38,157 bases of DNA from Mycobacteriales bacterium (GCA_036268755.1 DATATO010000059.1:1-38157), one strand, 5' to 3'; shown: positions 1-8,800, numbered from the stretch's first letter. Notes: generated from the sequence alone by a model not told the origin. Made by a program: numbers and translations.

Positions 1-732
1 TCGGGGGTTTGCCGCTCGTTGTCGAGCGCTAGCTCAGGCGCTGGGGGATCTAGATCCGGATGTCGTGCAATGTCAGGAAGTTCTGACCTGGCGACATCTG
101 AGCCTTCTGCGGGGTGGACTACTACGCTGGCTTCCCTATGCCGGGTTTCGTCGCTCATTGTTCGGACCGAAGGGCGGCTTGGTGACGTTTTCTCGGGAGC
201 CACTGGGTTCGTGCCGCTATATGCGGTTTCGGCGTCCTGGGAAGGATGCAGTCAATGGCTACCGCGGCGGACGCGCCTAATGCTGGGCCTTCACGGGATA
301 CTGTCCATGACTCATCAGAGGACGGGAGTGACGCTCCTCAACACGCATACTTCGGCAAACGGCGCCGGCGACTGGTCGCCGAACAGTCGGTTTGCCGGCA
401 TGCACCGGGCTCAGCTCTCTCACCTGGCTGAAATTATCAATGCGGTCCGCAGGCCTTTACTGGTATCGGGCGATTTCAATACCGCCGCAGATAGCGTGTT
501 TTTTAGAGAATTTCGGGCTCAGACAGACCTCGTCGACGCGTTTAAAGGCCAAGAGCGACCGACTTTTCGCTCCGAGTTTCTGCCGGCTGACAGGAGCGCC
601 CACCGCATCGATTACGTCCTCACGGCGGGGCGTTCGCTGAGGGTGATCGATGCGGTACTCGTTCTGGCCGGCCGGCCGGCGCTATCAGACCATTACGGCC
701 TGCGGGTGACGACGGAGTGGGGCGAGCCTTAG
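1..732 (+). pseudogene. Endonuclease/exonuclease/phosphatase (EEP) family gene, 5'-partial at the window edge and split over two frames
   Basis: Frame 2 (nt 2-280, open at the edge) reads ...DLDPDVVQCQEV...GGLVTFSREPL..., which are N-terminal EEP motifs, then hits TAA at 278-280. Frame 1 carries the C-terminal EEP motifs GVTLLNTHTSAN, LLVSGDFNT, HRIDYVL and LSDHYGLRV up to the stop at 730-732. The frame switch lies somewhere in ~200-280. Confidence 0.6.
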
Positions 733-999
733 CGGGTCGATCGGAAAGAGCGTCCGGCCGGGCGCCGCAGTTCGAATAAGGCACCAAAGGTGCGCCCATG
801 TCTAAGCCACATGTCGCCAACCACACCGGGCTCTAACTGAACAACCGATGATTCCAGGTGCGCTCTTGGCGAGTGATTTAGCCCGATCGGAGGGTAGCCG
901 GACATCATGCCTGACGGCAACATGTCCGGCAGGCGTCCGCAGCCCGGCATGGATGCTGGCTTCGTCGTCACAGTTCGGCGACCATAACAGGAGATTCTT

Positions 1000-2493
1000 G
1001 TGGAGAGACCTAGTAAACCTGGCACCATCGCCATTATCGGGTCCGGCTTCGGTGGCCTATGTATGGCGATCGAACTGAAACGCGCGGGCATTGACTCATT
1101 CACTATCTTTGAAAAAGCCGACGAGGTGGGCGGCATTTGGCGGGACAACACCTATCCCGGTTGTGGTTGCGATGTGCCATCCCACCTGTATTCCTTCTCT
1201 TTCGAGAAATATCGAAGCCCTACCATGCGCTATCCCGGGCAGGAGGAGATTCTCGACTACCTCCTCGGAGTCACCGAGAAATATGACCTCCGTCCCCACT
1301 TAAAGACCGGCGCCGAAATCGTATCCGCCGACTACGATCACACCACGGCGCGGTGGGTCATTGTCACCAGCCAAGGCGAGGAACATTTGGCCGATGTTCT
1401 AATATCCGCAGTCGGTCAGCTACACCGGCCAAAGCTGCCCGATATTGCCGGTCGGGAAGATTTCGAGGGCCGAGCTTTCCACACGGCACGGTGGGATCAT
1501 GGTCATGATCTGACCGGCTGCGACGTAGCGGTGATCGGTACCGGCTGCAGCGCCGTCCAACTTCTGCCCCACGTGGCCCGACAGGCTCGTCAAGTCCAAG
1601 TTTACCAACGGACTCCCAACTGGATTGTCCCCAAGCCTTCAGCCAAATTCGGCTCTGTGACCAGCTGGGCCTTCGGTCGTTTTTCCGTTCTGCAGTCGGT
1701 CTACCGTTCCCTGATGTACTTTCTGGCGGACTTCGCATTGACGCCTGTGATCACCCGGGGGTGGTCCTTCCTGCCGGCCACATGGGTCGCGCGGTGGCAC
1801 CTGCGTACTCAGGTGCCCGAACGCGGCTTACGTTCGCGGCTGACGCCAAGCTATCCGATCGGCTGCAAACGAATTGTCATCGACAACGACTACTATCCGA
1901 CGTTGTCCCGGGACAACGTCCAGCTTGTGACAGAAGGTATTACTCGGATCACACCCACAGGTATCGAGACCGACGACGGCGTGCACAGAAAAGTGGACGT
2001 CATCATTTACGCGACGGGGTTCCGGACGACCGAGTTTCTCGTTCCGATAAGAGTGTTGGGCAAGCAGGGGATGGACCTGCACAAGGAATGGCGGAAAGGC
2101 GCAGAGGCATATCTGGGAATGGCGGTCCCTTCATTTCCTAACTTCTTCCTCGTTCATGGACCTAACACCATTCTCGGCCACAATTCGAATATCTTCATGA
2201 TCGAATGTCAGATTCGGTACATCATGAATTGTCTGCGGATGCTTCCTGGTGAGATTGAAGTTCGCCCTGAAACCATGCGTGACTACCGCACGTGGCTGGA
2301 CAAAGCGATATCTAAAACCACATGGCCGACAGGTTGCCAGAGCTGGTATAAGACCGAAGACGGCCGTGTGACGAACCCGTGGCCCGCATCGACCATGCGG
2401 TACCGACGGTTCACGCGCCGCGATCCCTCGGATGCATTCACCGTGACCATTGGCGAGGCCAAAACTGAGGAGTCCGGAACTCCAGCTAGCTGA
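1000..2493 (+). CDS. FAD-dependent Baeyer-Villiger-type flavin monooxygenase
   Basis: Contains N-terminal dinucleotide fold IAIIGSGFGG, the BVMO fingerprint FEGRAFHTARWD (FxGxxxHxxxW[P/D]) and a second Rossmann motif VIGTGCSAVQ. GTG start at 1000 is preceded by AGGAGA at 989-994. Confidence 0.85.
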   Translation: MERPSKPGTIAIIGSGFGGLCMAIELKRAGIDSFTIFEKADEVGGIWRDNTYPGCGCDVPSHLYSFSFEKYRSPTMRYPGQEEILDYLLGVTEKYDLRPHLKTGAEIVSADYDHTTARWVIVTSQGEEHLADVLISAVGQLHRPKLPDIAGREDFEGRAFHTARWDHGHDLTGCDVAVIGTGCSAVQLLPHVARQARQVQVYQRTPNWIVPKPSAKFGSVTSWAFGRFSVLQSVYRSLMYFLADFALTPVITRGWSFLPATWVARWHLRTQVPERGLRSRLTPSYPIGCKRIVIDNDYYPTLSRDNVQLVTEGITRITPTGIETDDGVHRKVDVIIYATGFRTTEFLVPIRVLGKQGMDLHKEWRKGAEAYLGMAVPSFPNFFLVHGPNTILGHNSNIFMIECQIRYIMNCLRMLPGEIEVRPETMRDYRTWLDKAISKTTWPTGCQSWYKTEDGRVTNPWPASTMRYRRFTRRDPSDAFTVTIGEAKTEESGTPAS

Positions 2494-2787
2494 ACCTAGC
2501 TAAACTTCGTGTACAGATCCGTGCGCAGAGCATAAAGACGCCCTCTCATAATGATCCGCCCTAGTACGTCCAAGCCACCGCCACCACTGCGGACAGGATT
2601 ATTACCCATTTGGCTGACCGATGGTCCTACTCTTCTGTCTCTTCTGTAGAAGTAATAACCGAAGCAGAGACTCTCGATCTCCTCTGCGTCTGCGCAAGAA
2701 ACTCACGGCTTAGATGTCGGCCCTCACATATTGCCTGGCATCTAGAACATCACCGCGGGAAGGGATCCGGCGGAATTGGAGGAGCTC

Positions 2788-3648
2788 ATGGAGATCGATT
2801 TCGTGCCCGATCGGGCGTTGTACCCGTTCGAGTCTCGCTGGCTGGACACCTCGGCTGGCCGGATGCATTACGTTGACGAGGGAGCTGGGCCGCCAATCCT
2901 GCTGTGTCACGGCAATCCCACATGGAGCTTTCTGTATCGGCATCTCATCAGGGCTTTGGCAGGCCGGTTCCGGTGCGTGGCCGTCGATTATCTGGGCTTC
3001 GGGCTGTCTGAGCGACCCGCCGGTTATGGCTATACCGCCGCCGACCATGTGCGTACGGTGGGTGAGCTGGTCGACCATCTGGGCTTGGAGCGTCTGGTGG
3101 TCATGGGTCAGGATTGGGGTGGCCCGATCGGGATGGGCGTCGCGGTCGAGCGCGCCGAGCGCATCGCGGGTGTGGTGCTGGGCAACACCTGGTGCTGGCC
3201 CTCGGATGCGGTGCGCCTGAAGATATTCAGCCGGATCATGGGCAGCGCTCTGTTTCAGCACCTGATTCTGCGGCGGAACTTCTTTGTCGAGCGGCTGGTG
3301 CCCGCCGGCATCACCCGCCGGCTCAGCCCGGCCGAGATGGACCATTACCGCATGGTGCAGCCCACCCCCGAGGCGCGCATCGGCGTGGCCGTACTACCGA
3401 AGCAGATCTTGGCCGCCCGCCCGCTGTTGGAGCGGCTGGGTCGCGAGGTGCCGGCTCGGCTCGGGACCACGCCGGCATTGCTGGTGTGGGGTATGCGGGA
3501 CCCAGGGTTCCGGGCCGGTGCCCTGCTGCCACGGCTGCGGTCGATCTTTCGCGACCACGTGCTGCTGGAGCTGCCGGACGCCAAGCACTACATCCAGGAA
3601 GACGCGCCGGCCCCGATCGCCGAGGCCATCATCGCCCGATTCGGCTGA
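2788..3648 (+). CDS. alpha/beta-fold hydrolase, haloalkane-dehalogenase/epoxide-hydrolase-like
   Basis: Contains HGNPTWSFLYRH, and a nucleophile-elbow-like GQDWGG with Asp at the nucleophile position. ATG at 2788 is preceded by GGAGGAG (2778-2784), which I prefer over the TTG at 2776 used by the ORF track. Confidence 0.85.
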   Translation: MEIDFVPDRALYPFESRWLDTSAGRMHYVDEGAGPPILLCHGNPTWSFLYRHLIRALAGRFRCVAVDYLGFGLSERPAGYGYTAADHVRTVGELVDHLGLERLVVMGQDWGGPIGMGVAVERAERIAGVVLGNTWCWPSDAVRLKIFSRIMGSALFQHLILRRNFFVERLVPAGITRRLSPAEMDHYRMVQPTPEARIGVAVLPKQILAARPLLERLGREVPARLGTTPALLVWGMRDPGFRAGALLPRLRSIFRDHVLLELPDAKHYIQEDAPAPIAEAIIARFG

Positions 3649-3681
3649 CCCGACCGGCATAGCGGCATGTGATCGGTGACT

Positions 3682-3879
3682 GCCTCCATCAAGATAGGCA
3701 CAGAGGTCAGAAATGAGCGACCTGACCCGGTCGAACGAGGGAGGCACGAACTCCGCGCCGATGGGGCTCCAACTGTTCCCACCGATCCAGCTTTGGACTT
3801 CGCGAAGCCCATGATGGCTCTCGTCGGGCAGCAGGGCACGGTGAAGCGCGTCCATACCGTATCTACTCAGCCAGCCCAC
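3682..3879 (-). pseudogene. Internal fragment of a Fic/DOC-family protein (gene remnant)
   Basis: Translation ...LHRALLPDESHHGLREVQSWIGGNSWSPIGAEFVPPSFDRVRSLISDLCAYLDG matches the region that precedes the HPFxxGNGR core in Fic proteins. No Fic core follows. The upstream part is missing because the tRNA starts 23 nt away. Downstream, the ORF only persists as a read-through across the end of the hydrolase gene. Confidence 0.5.
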
Positions 3880-3901
3880 AGCTCGAATAAGCCTGGTTCG
3901 G

Positions 3902-3974
3902 TGCCCTCGGCTGGATTCGAACCAGCGACCATCGGATTAGAAGTCCGGTGCTCTATCCACTGAGCTACGAGGGC
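3902..3974 (-). tRNA. tRNA-Arg (anticodon UCU)
   Basis: The reverse complement folds by hand into a 73-nt cloverleaf. Parts: acceptor GCCCTCG/CGAGGGC, D-arm GCTC-AGTGGATA-GAGC, anticodon arm CCGGA-CTTCTAA-TCCGA (U33, anticodon TCT, A37), variable loop TGGTC, T-arm GCTGG-TTCGAAT-CCAGC, discriminator A. CCA is not encoded. Confidence 0.9.
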
Positions 3975-4258
3975 CGTCCTGCGCCTAGCCGCGCATGGCC
4001 ACTATAGAGCAGCGAAACGGGTCCAAAGCGGACCACCTGGCGAGTAACTTCTCCACGAGCAGCTGTCAAGTGTGCAGCCGGGAAGCCCCCTCGACCCAAC
4101 CCTTACATCCTCTAGCTCTCCACAATGAGGTTTCACCGTAGGCCAAAATTCTGGGCACCCAGCCAATTGGCATGCATCGGTCGATTAGTGCCGAGATCTG
4201 CCCGATTGGGCGGGGCGGGGTAGAAGCAACACGGCTGTCGCCGTTACTGTCGTGGACC

Positions 4259-5599
4259 ATGTCTGTTCCATCACCCCGGTTCATCCGGACCTCATGCGTT
4301 TTAACGATTGCCGCCTTCACTCTTGGTCTGCCGGCCGTCGCGTCCGCCGAAGGCCCCAGTGACAATCTCGCCCCGATCACTGGCCTGGCCAAGGTGGTAA
4401 CCGGCACTGTCGACACCCAGAGCCTGACCGATGGCAATACCCCCACCCTGATGCGCGGCGCCTCCGACACGGACTCCACGGTGTCCATGCTGGACAGCGG
4501 CGTCCTGAAAAACTTCAATGCCCAGCAGCTGTTGCTCAACAACGGCGAATCTAGGCAGCTCCAGGCCTACCGCCTTAGCCCGCAGGAAAAGGCGGGTGAG
4601 CCGCAGGTTGGCAAGGGCTCCGGCGTCAAGCTGGGCGAGACGCCATTGTCCAGCGTTGGCCTTGACGACCAGAAGATGTCCAAGGTGACCTGGCTGCTCG
4701 CGCAGACCAAGGCCGCCGGCGACGACAAGTCGAGTCTCGACAAGCTGGCCGACTCGGTCTCCAGCGTCACCGGCCTCGACCTAGGCACCGTCACCCCGAA
4801 GCAGCGCTCCGCGGCTACCCAGGCCGCCGTGTGGCACTTCACCAAGGGCATGGAGCTCGACCCGCAGCACAACGACAGCGTGGTCACCTCCCTGTACAAC
4901 TACCTGGTCGGCCCCGCCAACGTTGGCGCTCCGCTTCCGACCCGCCGCGCCGCCCCGCTGAGCACCGTTCCGCTGGCCGGTAGCTTGCCAACCGCCGATG
5001 AGCTGCCGCCGGCTCTCGCGCCGGACGCCGGCAGTGTCTCCGGTCCGTTCAAGGTCAGCCCGGACTCCCCGGGAGTCGGACTCGAGGCCAGCGGTAACAA
5101 GGATCCCCAGGTCGTGAACTCCAAGGGTGCCGTCATCGACAAGGCCGCGCCCGGTGAAGAGTTCTTCCTGAAGATGCCCAAGGACGCGTCGGCTCAACCC
5201 GTGGTCGTCAGCGCCATCTCGCAGCAGAAGGACGTGACCGGCCGTGTCGTCACCGACCTCGGCCACGACACCCACAAGCAGCCGACTCAGTTGGTGCTGC
5301 AGGACGGTCCCGCGCTTCCGGTGCAGCAGCCGGTGACGCTCAACTGGGTGCCCGACGAGAAGGCCGCGCAGGCCGGATCGTCCAACTCCGCCGCTGGCAG
5401 CTATAACGAGGCTAAGCCCTCTGAGGTAGCACATAAGACCAAGCACGCCGCAACCGATCACGCCGGCGGCCTTCCGGTCACCGGCGCCGCGGTCGGCGGC
5501 ATTGTTGCGCTCGGTGTAGTACTGCTCGGCGGCGGTGGTCTCTTGTTCCTGTCCTCTCGTCGCAAGAAAGCGGCGGCGGTGGCAACCCCAGCCGAGTAA
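4259..5599 (+). CDS. LPXTG-anchored surface protein with a TQXA (thioester-domain-type) motif
   Basis: The ATG at 4259 gives a signal peptide MSVPSPRFIRTSCVLTIAAFTLGLPAVASA/EG. TQAAVWHF is present (Gln codon at 4820-4822). The C-terminus has LPVTG, then a hydrophobic stretch, then RRKK, which is a sortase sorting signal. The ORF-track start at 4172 adds 29 residues before the signal peptide and is less likely. Confidence 0.75.
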   Translation: MSVPSPRFIRTSCVLTIAAFTLGLPAVASAEGPSDNLAPITGLAKVVTGTVDTQSLTDGNTPTLMRGASDTDSTVSMLDSGVLKNFNAQQLLLNNGESRQLQAYRLSPQEKAGEPQVGKGSGVKLGETPLSSVGLDDQKMSKVTWLLAQTKAAGDDKSSLDKLADSVSSVTGLDLGTVTPKQRSAATQAAVWHFTKGMELDPQHNDSVVTSLYNYLVGPANVGAPLPTRRAAPLSTVPLAGSLPTADELPPALAPDAGSVSGPFKVSPDSPGVGLEASGNKDPQVVNSKGAVIDKAAPGEEFFLKMPKDASAQPVVVSAISQQKDVTGRVVTDLGHDTHKQPTQLVLQDGPALPVQQPVTLNWVPDEKAAQAGSSNSAAGSYNEAKPSEVAHKTKHAATDHAGGLPVTGAAVGGIVALGVVLLGGGGLLFLSSRRKKAAAVATPAE

Positions 5600-5620
5600 T
5601 GCCCGCTAGCGGCTGGCATT
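5598..5620 (+). terminator. Weak stem-loop overlapping the adhesin stop codon
   Basis: aatgcc-cgctagcggct-ggcatt has 6-bp outer arms with an inner ccgctagcgg palindrome. No T-tract follows. Confidence 0.3.
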
Positions 5621-5639
5621 ACCAAAACTAGGAAAGCTC

Positions 5640-6773
5640 ATGTCGCTGTTTCGTGTTTCCCCGCAAGGTTTGATTCCGTTCCGGCCGATCGACGGTGGTT
5701 CCGTCGATCCGGCCGAGGTCACCAACGCGCTCATTCAGGCGTTGTGGTCGGACCTTGACGCCATCGGTGGCGGTCGTCTTATGGCCATTCACCGGGGAGG
5801 CGCTGACGGCTCCAATGAAGTTCCCATGATCCTGGCGCTAGACGGCGACGGTTCGGCCGTCGTCGTCTACGCCAGTGCTCAGTTGGATTCCGCCGGACTC
5901 GCTCATTGCCTCGAGCAGGTGGGCCTAGCGCGCAGGTCCACGGTTAGCGAACTGGCCAGCGGGTATTGGCGCGGTAGCGACGAATTTTGGCGAGACTGGC
6001 AGGACTTCAGCGGTACCTCCTCGCCTGTCTCCTCGGGGTCGCATAACCGCCCCCTCCGCCTGGTGATTGTTACCACTGCCATACCCGATTCCACCGAGGC
6101 CGCGCTCAGTTTCCTGACCGAGGCGGGTACACCCGTCTCGGTCCGCAAGGCCAGCATGTACGTCGATGCCGAGGGATGCCAGCTGCTCGAACTAGCTCAC
6201 GAGCCGGCCAGTCCCCACGAGGTTCGGCAGGGTGCGAGCGAGCAGCGGAAAGTGGCTACCCCTCACACGGTCGAAAACGCCCAGCCGGCGCCCGCTCCAC
6301 GCAATACGCCGAATCCCGGTCAGCGGACGACCCGCCTCACATCCCACATGCCCGACCGCGAGGCCGAGGTCGGTCAGCGCGGCGCGGCCGGCCGGAACAT
6401 GGACGTTGGTGCCATGAACCACGCAGTGGCCGACGAGTTGTTCTCGGGCTCCAGCGGATCCCGGCAGAGCCGGTTTACCCGCCCCACCTCTCGCGTGGCG
6501 GCGAATCCGCCGGCGGCCTCCGTGTCACAGCTGCGCCGCAAGCAGCCGACACCGGTCGAGATCGAGCCCCCGGGCGCCGAGGACGACTACGACCAGGGGG
6601 ACGAGGATCAGACCCCGCGCTTCGGTCGTAACGACGACGCACTGTCGGAGGAGTACGGCTCGCCACAGCTGGCGCCGCTGCGATTTCCCAGCGAGCTGGT
6701 CGAGCCTCCGTTCCCGGAGGAACTGATGAACCCCGGTGTAGTCAGCGCCAACGGTCGAGGTCACAGCGCCTAG
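5640..6773 (+). CDS. Hypothetical protein: ~190-aa folded N-terminal region plus a long low-complexity Pro/Arg/Glu-rich tail
   Basis: Long ORF with an ATG at 5640 and a weak GGAAAG upstream. I recognise no motif. Its stop TAG (6771-6773) overlaps the stop of the convergent GT20 gene. Confidence 0.55.
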   Translation: MSLFRVSPQGLIPFRPIDGGSVDPAEVTNALIQALWSDLDAIGGGRLMAIHRGGADGSNEVPMILALDGDGSAVVVYASAQLDSAGLAHCLEQVGLARRSTVSELASGYWRGSDEFWRDWQDFSGTSSPVSSGSHNRPLRLVIVTTAIPDSTEAALSFLTEAGTPVSVRKASMYVDAEGCQLLELAHEPASPHEVRQGASEQRKVATPHTVENAQPAPAPRNTPNPGQRTTRLTSHMPDREAEVGQRGAAGRNMDVGAMNHAVADELFSGSSGSRQSRFTRPTSRVAANPPAASVSQLRRKQPTPVEIEPPGAEDDYDQGDEDQTPRFGRNDDALSEEYGSPQLAPLRFPSELVEPPFPEELMNPGVVSANGRGHSA

Positions 6774-8800
6774 GGCCTGTGTTGCCTACGGACGCTCTGC
6801 CGCCTCCGGGCACTTAGTCCCGGGGCGGGGCCGCGGCCGGCCATGTTGGTCGCAGGTGCGCCGGGGATCGGTCGGCTCGGTGTCCTCCGACGTTGCCGAA
6901 TACCGCCGACCCGCGCAGGAGCTTTCTCCGTCCTGGCTTGGTTGAGGTCCTGTATGATCCGGCTGTTCCAGGTACCGACTTGATGCGTCCGCACCTGTCG
7001 TCGCAGCCCGCGCATGCGCTCGCGCTGCTCCGGCTCGGACATGTGCAGCGCCCGTTCCATGCCGTCGGCTAGCTCACGAGTGTTTCGTGGATCGACGATG
7101 ACAGCTCCGCTAGGGCCGAGCTCAACCGCGGCTCCGGCACCCCCTCCCAACAGGAGTGTCCCGCGCTCGTCGCTGCGGGAGGCGATAAATTCCTTCGCCA
7201 TCAGATTCATGCCGTCCTTGAGCGGAGTGATCGTCATGACGTCGGCGGCGCGATATACGGCGGGAACCTCTTCCGGAGACACGCTGTCCCAATGGTCGTG
7301 GATGGGCTCCCAGCTTCTGCCGGTCTTCGGATCGATGATCCGGTATTTGGCGTTCAGCTCGGCGATGCGATTCGATAACAGCTCGGCGTACTGTTGCGCC
7401 GCCTCCACCCCTTCGCGGGCCTTCGCGAACGACAGATACATGACCTCCTGTCGTGGGTCGAAACGACCCTCGGCGAGCAGCAACTCGAGCGCGTCGATCC
7501 GCTCGGAGATGCCCTTGGTGTAGTCCAGCCGCTCGATGCCGGCGATAATCTTTCGGTGCCCGACGGTCTCCTTGATCTCCTCGGTCTTCCGGGCGATCTC
7601 GTCGCTGCGTCCCAGCGAGTCGTATTTGTCATAGTCGATGGAGATTGGATAGTTGCGGACCGCCACCTGGCGGTTTTCAACCTGTATCTGGTCACCTACC
7701 ACTCGAACTAGCTCGCCGTTCACCGTAAACGGGGAGCCTGCCTCTGCCGAGCGTTGTACGACTTTCCGCACGGTGTCGACGAAGTTCTTCACGTCCCTCG
7801 GCGTCTGGAATCCCAGCACATCGTTGGCCAGGAGGCCGGCGAGAAGTTCTTCGTGATGCGGGATTGTCGAGTAATCGGTGTAGTTGGGGAACGGCGTATG
7901 GGCGAAGTACCCCAGGGTGAGGTCGGGGCGTTGGTCGCGCAACATCCCCGACACGAGCTGCAACTGGTAGTCATGCACCCAGGCTATGGAGTCCGGTTCA
8001 GCCTGTCGGGCGAGCTCGTCGGCGAAGCGCTGGTTGACCCGTTGGTACTGCTCAAACCATTCCCCGGCCGCGTTCTCCCAGAATCGCACGTCATCGGCGC
8101 CCGGCACGAACTCCCGAAGCCCGTGGTAGGTAGGCCATAGGATCCCGTTACTGAAGCCCGCATAGTGTCCCTCGGTCTCCCGCTCGCTCACCGTGAGCGG
8201 GTGATAGTCGGTGCCGTCTCCGTGCAATGGGTCCGAGTGGCCGCTGAGTTCTCCCACCCAGTGATGCGGTGGCGGTGTCATGTTGGCGAGCCCAGTGGCG
8301 ACCCCGCCCATGCTCGGAGTGAGTTCTCCGGTGTTGTTGTCGATCTTCAACGGTAGGCGATAAGAAGCGATGGATACGGCGGGAGTCTGCTCGGCGCTGG
8401 GCTCGGTGAGCCAGTCGAGCAGCCCGACCACCTCGTCGACGCTGTTCACGAAGACAAGGTTGCCGCGGTCCAATAGGTGCTCGGCGTCGAGCGCCGCGAG
8501 GGTCTCCGGGCCGTCTCCGACGACGACGCCGACGTCTGTCTCCCGCAATCCTTTGAACCCGGCCATGCCGTAGCTGCCGTCGCTGACGTAGAGAGTCGGC
8601 CGGTCGGGTGGAATCTCGGATGCCTCGGTGGTCCTGCCATTGACTACCTCATAGCTGCCCAGTACCGGCGCGCCGTCGGCGCGATATTCGGCGACTACGC
8701 TGACGCCGTCATCGGCCACATGTCGCCGGAGGTGCTTGATCAGTTCTTGCTCACGCGCCACGGCGTTGACTCCTGTAACCGAATGATGGTCCGGCTCCAT
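6770..8800 (-). CDS. Divergent GT20-family sugar-phosphate synthase (OtsA-like) with an N-terminal ~145-aa extension and a basic C-terminal tail
   Basis: The GT20 core is recognisable from SIASYRLPL...GGVATGL...FSNGILWPTYHG...WVHDYQLQL...GYFAHTPFP...ERLDYTKGI...ITPLKDGMNLMAKEF. About 145 residues precede the core, and ~60 Arg/Pro-rich residues follow the point where the neighbouring OtsA ends. Confidence 0.8.
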   Translation of the reverse strand: MEPDHHSVTGVNAVAREQELIKHLRRHVADDGVSVVAEYRADGAPVLGSYEVVNGRTTEASEIPPDRPTLYVSDGSYGMAGFKGLRETDVGVVVGDGPETLAALDAEHLLDRGNLVFVNSVDEVVGLLDWLTEPSAEQTPAVSIASYRLPLKIDNNTGELTPSMGGVATGLANMTPPPHHWVGELSGHSDPLHGDGTDYHPLTVSERETEGHYAGFSNGILWPTYHGLREFVPGADDVRFWENAAGEWFEQYQRVNQRFADELARQAEPDSIAWVHDYQLQLVSGMLRDQRPDLTLGYFAHTPFPNYTDYSTIPHHEELLAGLLANDVLGFQTPRDVKNFVDTVRKVVQRSAEAGSPFTVNGELVRVVGDQIQVENRQVAVRNYPISIDYDKYDSLGRSDEIARKTEEIKETVGHRKIIAGIERLDYTKGISERIDALELLLAEGRFDPRQEVMYLSFAKAREGVEAAQQYAELLSNRIAELNAKYRIIDPKTGRSWEPIHDHWDSVSPEEVPAVYRAADVMTITPLKDGMNLMAKEFIASRSDERGTLLLGGGAGAAVELGPSGAVIVDPRNTRELADGMERALHMSEPEQRERMRGLRRQVRTHQVGTWNSRIIQDLNQARTEKAPARVGGIRQRRRTPSRPIPGAPATNMAGRGPAPGLSARRRQSVRRQHRP

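Noticed and set aside
729-1151. 140-aa minus-strand ORF and a 76-aa plus-strand ORF in the EEP-BVMO intergenic region. This includes an 8-bp inverted repeat ccggacat-N16-atgtccgg (898-929).
   Set aside because: Both ORFs lack motifs and overlap the well-supported BVMO start. The inverted repeat may be an operator or hairpin, but it is short and I have no supporting context.
2494-2787. Lower-GC intergenic stretch with an 88-aa ORF (2610-2876) and a short duplicated tcttctgt motif/hairpin.
   Set aside because: The ORF runs into the hydrolase gene in another frame and has no RBS or motif. The repeats are too short (8 nt) and the stem imperfect. Most likely this is just a promoter/terminator spacer.
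1-3901. A direct repeat of the tRNA-Arg 3' half that would delimit an intact genomic island (attL/attR).
   Set aside because: Scanning by eye for ggattcgaacc-like strings left of the tRNA found only unrelated ttcgaat/tcgaata fragments (around 770 and 2190). So I do not claim island boundaries. A computational search is needed.
4066-4542. 158-aa minus-strand ORF upstream of and overlapping the adhesin gene.
   Set aside because: It overlaps the signal-peptide region of a gene with clear motifs. It has no RBS or motif, and its composition is consistent with a shadow ORF.
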